DNA of 64,000 nucleotides, taken from an uncultured virus (IMG/VR IMGVR_UViG_3300000233_000006). Lineage: Duplodnaviria > Heunggongvirae > Uroviricota > Caudoviricetes. The notes beneath the pieces were generated by a model. It did not search any database. It was not told the origin of the DNA and saw only the letters and a program-made list of their open reading frames with translations. This document shows, piece by piece, positions 57,513 through 64,000 of the stretch; the first letter of the stretch is position 1, and each line of letters starts with the position of its first letter. Location: positions 62,001-126,000 of the IMG/VR virus record IMGVR_UViG_3300000233_000006; one strand, given 5' to 3'. Made by a program: the position numbers and the translations under genes.

Positions 57513-60008
57513 TCACGTTATTTTAACGTGTTGATTAAAAGTTGTTCCGCTTGGAAGGACGATGTTCTTACTATCAAGGATAAGAATGTCAGCGTTAGAT
57601 AGCGCACCATAACACTCTTCAAAATGACTGATGACAAACAACTGAGGGATCGCACTATGAACAAGTAAGTTAGCAATCAAACCAAATGAACTTTGTCGAT
57701 TTGTAGGATCGAAACTTTTACCAAATTCGTCGAGATAAAGCGGCGTGTCGATAAGTTTTAGATAGTTCATTGACACGATCTTGAAAGCAAGATCGATCAC
57801 CTCACGTGCCGCCGAACTTCCGTGACTAATATCGTCCACCGGTGACTCACCATTTAAGACGAAAGGGAACTTATAATCAAGTTCGAACTCCTCACCTTCT
57901 TCAGTTTGACACGAAAGGATTTCGATATTAGGGTATGACCACAGTTGTGATATAAATGCGTTCATTTGTTTGATAAACGTTTTTATAAATCCGTGCAAGT
58001 TTTCTGCGATAAGACCGTCTGTGGGCGATAGTTCCTTAATCAATTTGCCGATGACCTTTTCTTCGATGCTAAGTTTCTCAGCATCTTTAGTTAAACGATC
58101 GACGGTTTCAATATGTCGGTCGATTTCACTTAAACGACTTTCACGCGCATTGATCTCGTTTCTAATAAAAACGATTGCATCACTGACATATTTTTGACGT
58201 ATCGCCTCAACGTACTCAGACTGCTTTTGCTGCGTTATCTTGACGTAGTCTTCCAGACCTTTAAAGCTTTGTCCAAACTGCTTCATAACCTTAATACCGT
58301 CGTCTAAACGAACGATCTCGGACTGAATAGACCGTATATCAAACTGTAGGGCGCCAAGATCAATCTCTTCTTGATTTCGTTGCGACGTTAGCGTTTGAAT
58401 GTCAGACTCAAACGTCTGACCTGCACGACGACGAGCTTCGTCCATCGCCCCAATCTTCATGAGAATATCATTAAATTCAATCTGTACAGTCAAATGACTC
58501 TGCACCGATTCTAGTTGACGTAACGCGTCACGCCCTCCTTGATTTCTCATATTGTCGAATACGTTTTCAATAACGTTTTCGATATAAGGACTTTTCTGCT
58601 TAAACGTTGATAAATACTTAACGTGTCTAAAAAAGTCTTGAGCTATATGAACCCATGATGCGAGTTCCTCATGCTCTTTTTCTAAAAGAACTTTTTCTTC
58701 ATTAAGCGATACTGTTTCTAGCTTAACGTCTTTGATTTTAATAGCGTCGAAATAAGGTGTGAAATGCGTATTGCATTCTGGGCACGTCACCTTATCTTCA
58801 ATGTTACGTTTTTCTTCTGAACGAACGTATTCTTCACGTTGTGCGATCTGACTTAAAAGCTGTCTTAATTTACTTGAGATCGCTTCGATCCGTTCAGTCA
58901 CATAGATGTAATTCGAACGGTTAAATGCACGTTCGGGAAGGTCTTTAAAGTCAAGACAAAAAGCGGCAATGTCTGCCGAAATCATTTTCAGAATTTCAAA
59001 GTCTTGAATAGGTTGTTCAGAACGCATTTGCGAATCTACGTAGGATTCAATGTCATCTCGACGTGCCGATGTATCGAGATAGTCCTGATCAAACGTCTGA
59101 CTATGGACATGAAGATGATCTTCAGAATTCTTGAGTAGCGTATCGACTCGCTTAATTGTCTCGATCTTTTTAACACTGTCTTCTTGAAGTTGGCTAAATG
59201 TCTGACGTTTCTGTGCAATCGTTGCAAGGACGGTATTTAAAGTAAAATCATGACTTACGACGTCGCTATAATGTGTTTTCGTATCGGAAGTTAACTTCCG
59301 ATACGTTACCTGTATCAAACGTACGTACTTATCAAAGTCCGTTTTAAGGTCGTCGAGTGTCCTCGGTATTTCGATGCGCGATATCCAAAGATTATTGAGA
59401 AGTTCCTTAAGTAATCCCAATTCGTTTTTAAGTTCGGTCTGACGCTCTGTATCTAGAAGTTTCGAACTTTCAGTGACAAGCCTGGCTTGTGTAAATTTAA
59501 TGACCGCCTGAGTTTCACGTTGCTTTTCAGTCAGGCGTTTATAGACATCAAGTGCGTACGTATAACTGACGTCGGATAATTTGGTAAACCACTGTCGCCG
59601 TTGTGATGGTGCGAAAGTCGTGAAGTGAATGGATGACGTCAGAAGTTCGTGTGTTTCTTGTGTTAGACCAAAGTGTTGTAAAACAAGTTCCTTTTGGATC
59701 GCTGCCGTACCGCTTGGATTGAGTTCGACATCATCGCAGATAAAAGAATGGCGTAGAGTGGTCAGGTACCTCGAACTCGTTAAATACGTTTTACCCCTGT
59801 GAATGATTTCAACTTCTTTAAACCCACCCTTTTCAAACACACCTGATTTTGAAGGTAGAGGCGTCAGTTCGCCAATTAAAGAACTTTTACCTGAACTATT
59901 GGTTCCAAGAATAAGCTGTGTTTTATTCTCGAAATTAATTTCAAGCGTTTTGATTTGACCAAACCCTATTCGTTTAAAAAGATAAAATTTTGCTTTTACA
60001 TAACGCAT
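57513..60008 (-). CDS. sbcC: SbcC/Rad50-like ATPase (phiKZ gp165-like)
   Basis: Walker A GTNSSGKSS, coiled coil with CPEC zinc hook, Walker B LYLDEFG, ISH. Confidence 0.92.
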   Translation of the reverse strand: MRYVKAKFYLFKRIGFGQIKTLEINFENKTQLILGTNSSGKSSLIGELTPLPSKSGVFEKGGFKEVEIIHRGKTYLTSSRYLTTLRHSFICDDVELNPSGTAAIQKELVLQHFGLTQETHELLTSSIHFTTFAPSQRRQWFTKLSDVSYTYALDVYKRLTEKQRETQAVIKFTQARLVTESSKLLDTERQTELKNELGLLKELLNNLWISRIEIPRTLDDLKTDFDKYVRLIQVTYRKLTSDTKTHYSDVVSHDFTLNTVLATIAQKRQTFSQLQEDSVKKIETIKRVDTLLKNSEDHLHVHSQTFDQDYLDTSARRDDIESYVDSQMRSEQPIQDFEILKMISADIAAFCLDFKDLPERAFNRSNYIYVTERIEAISSKLRQLLSQIAQREEYVRSEEKRNIEDKVTCPECNTHFTPYFDAIKIKDVKLETVSLNEEKVLLEKEHEELASWVHIAQDFFRHVKYLSTFKQKSPYIENVIENVFDNMRNQGGRDALRQLESVQSHLTVQIEFNDILMKIGAMDEARRRAGQTFESDIQTLTSQRNQEEIDLGALQFDIRSIQSEIVRLDDGIKVMKQFGQSFKGLEDYVKITQQKQSEYVEAIRQKYVSDAIVFIRNEINARESRLSEIDRHIETVDRLTKDAEKLSIEEKVIGKLIKELSPTDGLIAENLHGFIKTFIKQMNAFISQLWSYPNIEILSCQTEEGEEFELDYKFPFVLNGESPVDDISHGSSAAREVIDLAFKIVSMNYLKLIDTPLYLDEFGKSFDPTNRQSSFGLIANLLVHSAIPQLFVISHFEECYGALSNADILILDSKNIVLPSGTTFNQHVKIT

Positions 60009-60043
60009 GATTAATCCTTTGATTTTTTATAGGAAACATTCAT

Positions 60044-60934
60044 ATGAGAGACGAACCTAGTGAATTAAAACTCTATTCGATCGGCGTGGTTGTCGAAGAT
60101 AAAAAGTTAGGCGAAGACATTATTTACGTCACGCCCATCGAGAAGCTCTCATACAGCCATGGTAAAATTGCTGATATTAAAGAGACAATGACGAATACGT
60201 TACCCGATCTTTCGGGTAAAGTTAATAATGACGAAGTCGAAAAAACGATGGTTCTAAAAGCAGCATGGATACCTTTTGGGCATAGCAATCGTATCACATC
60301 GCCCGACGTCATCAAAAACGAAACTGTTATTCTTTTTAAGTTCTCAGACACAGATGAATTTTACTGGACGACGATCTTTAGAGAGCCTAAAATTAGGCGA
60401 CTTGAAAAAGTAACGTATATGTACGGTAATCTTAAAGAACCTTTAAAGGAATGGGATAAGTCTTCGTCCTACTGGCAAGAGATGTCAACCATTGAAGGTG
60501 ATAAACACATATGGTTTAAGACCACGCGTTCCGATGGCGAAGCGTTTGAATACGATATCAACATTAACCCAACGGCCTCAACACTCGAGATTTTCGATAA
60601 TGATAAGAACGGGTTCTACATCGACTCTAAAACAGGTAAGGTGACCGTCAAAGCAAAGACCGAAATCATCCTTGATGCGCCTTTGATTACCTTTACAGGT
60701 AATGTTAGAGGTTTGAAAAAAGGAAACTTTCTTGGATCCTTTGATGTGGGAGGTTTGTTAAGTGCCCTGAGCGAATTTACGTCGCCTATTGCTCTAATCA
60801 CAGAGGTACTGGATTCACCTATCATTAATGCGTTAGAAGTCTTATCGGCACCTATCGTCGACACCATAGCTTCACAAGTGACAGACGTCATTAATGATAT
60901 CGCATCAGTGAACGATCGTATCGACAATCTTTGA
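60044..60934 (+). CDS. Baseplate spike / tail-tip protein (phiKZ gp164-like)
   Basis: 296 aa; YSIGVV..K, A.W.P..SNRITSPDV..E.V; beta-repeat C-terminus; divergent from sbcC. Confidence 0.7.
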   Translation: MRDEPSELKLYSIGVVVEDKKLGEDIIYVTPIEKLSYSHGKIADIKETMTNTLPDLSGKVNNDEVEKTMVLKAAWIPFGHSNRITSPDVIKNETVILFKFSDTDEFYWTTIFREPKIRRLEKVTYMYGNLKEPLKEWDKSSSYWQEMSTIEGDKHIWFKTTRSDGEAFEYDININPTASTLEIFDNDKNGFYIDSKTGKVTVKAKTEIILDAPLITFTGNVRGLKKGNFLGSFDVGGLLSALSEFTSPIALITEVLDSPIINALEVLSAPIVDTIASQVTDVINDIASVNDRIDNL

Positions 60935-60943
60935 GGTTAAAAA

Positions 60944-61177
60944 ATGACGGAATGTTATAGTGCCGAACTGATGTTCCCTGAAACCATGACGCGTTTTAAT
61001 GTCGCGTATTCCAATGACGACTGGAATAAGATGCAACGTATAGTCACAGACTTTGCTAAAAAATGGAGCGTTTTTTATAACGGTCCTGGTGAAGGTATGT
61101 CAAACAGTGACAAGGTTATTTTTTGGTATTCGTTAGGAACACGCATATTTAAAAAAACATATTTTTACTTTAAGTAA
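60944..61177 (+). CDS. Small hypothetical protein
   Basis: 77 aa, GAGGT RBS. Confidence 0.7.
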   Translation: MTECYSAELMFPETMTRFNVAYSNDDWNKMQRIVTDFAKKWSVFYNGPGEGMSNSDKVIFWYSLGTRIFKKTYFYFK

Positions 61178-61183
61178 AAAAAT

Positions 61184-61219
61184 ATATAGCGCCGAGGCTT
61201 CCAAGCCTCGGCGCTATAT
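61184..61219. terminator. Bidirectional terminator
   Basis: ATATAGCGCCGAGGCTT-cc-AAGCCTCGGCGCTATAT. Confidence 0.8.
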
Positions 61220-62470
61220 TTATACGTATGTTGCGATCTTTAAAAAGACGCCGTAGCTTTTGTAATACGGGATCGTCGGATTTCTAGCATCCGTAAAGAC
61301 GTTGAGTTGTTGGTGAGGCTGTTCAGTAAAAACGAAGTTCTTTAAGAACGAATCCGTGACTGTCACAGACCACTGACCCTCGTCAGGACGTTTCCAATAT
61401 TCTGCAACCTTTCCGTAATTGACACGAAGCGGATAGACAGGTTCCTGGTACGTTATAAACGAACCTGGATAACTTGACTTTTTAATCGCGATCGTCGAAA
61501 CATCGAGTGAGGCACAGTTCACTTCAACCATGAACGTTTGACTTAGATCCATGTACTTACGTAACACATCGTCAGATAAAAGTTCGTTGATATTGATGCG
61601 ATCGGGATACTGTTCGCTTAAATCAAGACCGAGTTCGGAAAGATTTAAATAATTGTACGACTCAAAGAACTTCTCAGCAAGCTGAAGGTTGCTTGGTATA
61701 AGCGTAAAGGTCCTAGGACCGCTCTGGTAGAACGCATTCGCCTGAGGAAAGACCATATATCCGCCAAGGATTAAAATGGCTGAGGATCCGTTTACGTCAC
61801 GATCAAAAGTAATGCGCATCTTATCCTTAAGAGGTTGCGGATCGCCATTCGGAAACGTATCGCCGCTAATGTTTTCAGGTTTGATATCGAGGTATTTAAC
61901 CCCGCCTAGATCACCGAAGTTCAAAAATCCAAGCTGATTATCTTTCGTGACAAGGTACGTTTTTCCACCGTCAATCGCATATAAGAAAATGCCATCCCTA
62001 TCTGTACGATGAACATATCCATTAACCGTAACGAGAGCATTCTCATATAGGCTAAACATCGACGTATTTGATTCAGGGCGATGAATGAAGAGATCGTCTT
62101 TAGCATAGCTAGGGTATGGCGTATTTAGATTCACACCGATTTTAAACGGTGTGATACTGTACCCTGTGCGATGTGCGTCGTGATAACGAACTGTCTTAAT
62201 GGACTTAAAAGGTTTTTGAATCGATACGATACTATCTGGATCAAGACGTTCAATAAAATAGTTGACAGTGAACGAACTTGTTTCGTAAAAGTCACGATAG
62301 TTCTCCATGTCGATAAAATAAGACACGCCACCCACGTCCTTTTTAACTTCAAAATAAAATCGCATCGTTCGAGTGTAAAGGTCTTTGATCAGTACGTTAG
62401 GTTCAACGCTTGACTGTATCGATTCGTCAGCGTTCTTAGCAAGGAAAAAGGTTTTGATATAAATAAGCAT
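61220..62470 (-). CDS. Conserved phiKZ-like virion structural protein
   Basis: 416 aa; LVTVNGY.H, LGGY, SQTF motifs. Confidence 0.65.
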   Translation of the reverse strand: MLIYIKTFFLAKNADESIQSSVEPNVLIKDLYTRTMRFYFEVKKDVGGVSYFIDMENYRDFYETSSFTVNYFIERLDPDSIVSIQKPFKSIKTVRYHDAHRTGYSITPFKIGVNLNTPYPSYAKDDLFIHRPESNTSMFSLYENALVTVNGYVHRTDRDGIFLYAIDGGKTYLVTKDNQLGFLNFGDLGGVKYLDIKPENISGDTFPNGDPQPLKDKMRITFDRDVNGSSAILILGGYMVFPQANAFYQSGPRTFTLIPSNLQLAEKFFESYNYLNLSELGLDLSEQYPDRININELLSDDVLRKYMDLSQTFMVEVNCASLDVSTIAIKKSSYPGSFITYQEPVYPLRVNYGKVAEYWKRPDEGQWSVTVTDSFLKNFVFTEQPHQQLNVFTDARNPTIPYYKSYGVFLKIATYV

Positions 62471-62537
62471 GAAGGAAGTCCTCTGAATGTCATACGATCA
62501 AAAAAAGAAAAGGAAGCGCCCTAAGGCGCCTAAGTAT

Positions 62538-62942
62538 TTATGTGAACGTAAAGACGATGTCGTAAAAACATTCACCACCCCAAACATTTAGCTCCTTTTC
62601 TAAAACGGTAATGTGGCCTCGGAGCTCAAAGAATCGAATGATCTTCCATGACGTTGATTCTCTTGCGTTGAGCTCGACTTTACGTTTCTTATAGAACGCT
62701 TTAAAATGTCGAGCAAGATCATAGATCTTGGCCAGTGTTAAAGGGTTAATCGACGCCAGGTCGACGATTTCGTGCTTAGTATAAACACAATAACCTCCAT
62801 CCCAGACGATGGTGTGAGCCTTCCCCTCACAGAAGTCGCACAACTCCTTGTAATTGCGACATTGGTAAAGGGATTGGAATTCTCTCGGATAAACTTCCGT
62901 TTCTATTCGAGAGATATGCTCAAGGACATCTTTTTCTTTCAT
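62538..62942 (-). CDS. Hypothetical protein, possible GNAT-like fold
   Basis: 134 aa; ATGA-coupled to the upstream gene; IVDLAS, NARESTS. Confidence 0.7.
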   Translation of the reverse strand: MKEKDVLEHISRIETEVYPREFQSLYQCRNYKELCDFCEGKAHTIVWDGGYCVYTKHEIVDLASINPLTLAKIYDLARHFKAFYKKRKVELNARESTSWKIIRFFELRGHITVLEKELNVWGGECFYDIVFTFT

Positions 62943-64000
62943 GCGATCCTCATTTTTGAACAGGCGTCACTATAAACATTTTTAGGTAGTTTCACATCCA
63001 GATGATCGTCGTCATCGATGACATAGCAATCTATGTCGCTATGTTTCAATCCCTGATAGACGTGTGTCACGCCAAGCTTACCTATAATGTTCGTCGCAGC
63101 TCTTTCAAAAAGCTCTCGAATATCGTCGTAAAAACTATGATGACCCATAGCCTCGATGTTATCAAGAACGACGACGTTCGCTTCTCGCCATACAAACGAC
63201 TCGGCCAACACACGCCCGTGCCTCTCGCATACCCAGACCACGGCGTTTTCACTTTCGTGAGAATACCACGCCGACGTCGAACCGGCACCTTCAGGATGTT
63301 GGCAGCATCCCGTATGGTTACCGATAAAGACTGCGCGAGGATCTTCCTTGTCTAACTGGATGAGACGTAAACCATCAGGACCATTCAACCCAGCGACCCC
63401 TCCAGGCGCAGGTATGTATTGGGCTCTGAGTTTAGCGATACCCTCGAGCCATCTCGACTCGATTTCTGAGTATCGATATTTGTTTATAGCCCATTGTGCC
63501 GACTCCTTTGCAAACTCGTCATGAGTCGCACCAGCATAAGTCATTGAAGTTATGATGACCTTCGCTGACTCGAACGATCCCTTTGCATGAGGAACCCATC
63601 CCTTTTTAACCAGACCGTCCCAGCTATTGATTACAAGGATGATGTACGTAGCCTCGTTCGAAAGAACGCTGCTATTTTTCGTAGTTTTGAGAATCCAGTC
63701 AACCTTATCCTTAGAACCTTTCTCGCACTTGAGATTGATCCCAGTATCATGTAGGCTGATACCTACCGCCGCCGTTCTTTCGAGCAACGTATTGATCTTT
63801 GGGACGTCACCGCTAAAGAAAACGACTAAAGACATTAAAGCCTCTAGGTCGTGCGAGGTACCTACCTTCCATTTAAAAGAAAGTTTCTTGAGGATTTTTC
63901 CATATCCGTATGCACCAACAATGTTTAGCTTAAGGACGTCAACACAGTCGGGTAGGATGAATCCTGTAGGCTTCCATCCTACCCCAGCCCATGCAAGTCG
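62939..64000 (-). CDS. Hypothetical protein, 5' end beyond the window
   Basis: The frame of ORF 62939..63835 stays open to 64000 (...RLAWAGVGWKPTG...DLEAL-MSLVV); GNHTGCCQ..GAG and VLDNIEA motifs. Confidence 0.8.
   Translation of the reverse strand, partial: RLAWAGVGWKPTGFILPDCVDVLKLNIVGAYGYGKILKKLSFKWKVGTSHDLEALMSLVVFFSGDVPKINTLLERTAAVGISLHDTGINLKCEKGSKDKVDWILKTTKNSSVLSNEATYIILVINSWDGLVKKGWVPHAKGSFESAKVIITSMTYAGATHDEFAKESAQWAINKYRYSEIESRWLEGIAKLRAQYIPAPGGVAGLNGPDGLRLIQLDKEDPRAVFIGNHTGCCQHPEGAGSTSAWYSHESENAVVWVCERHGRVLAESFVWREANVVVLDNIEAMGHHSFYDDIRELFERAATNIIGKLGVTHVYQGLKHSDIDCYVIDDDDHLDVKLPKNVYSDACSKMRIA

Noticed and set aside
1..64000. Alternative genetic code (stop-codon recoding)
   Set aside because: Core genes are full length under the standard code and TAA, TAG and TGA all end genes.

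Overview
This window is part of a phiKZ-like (nucleus-forming, Chimalliviridae-type) jumbo phage genome. Supporting genes are PhuZ tubulin, large terminase, tail sheath and tube, prohead protease, three split subunits of the virion RNA polymerase, a 2.4-kaa tail protein with muralytic domains, UvsX, an RNase H-like protein and SbcC. Also present are one tRNA(CAU), TATATTAC early promoters and many long palindromic terminators. The standout is an apparently intact IscB-omegaRNA (OMEGA) element at about 1799-3489, with no transposase in the window. Its ends, guide (about 3490-3511) and TAM (ATGG) can be inferred from sequence: removing it restores an in-frame gene ending ...KRKAMDPLL* that overlaps the next start codon (ATGA). 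Other notable items are an unexplained 168-nt structured RNA candidate, a 1-kb origin-like non-coding region, an RNase H homologue lacking catalytic acids, a GH19 plus metallopeptidase tail protein and a Cys-Pro-Asp repeat protein. All homology calls are from motif recognition and synteny by eye; no searches were run.
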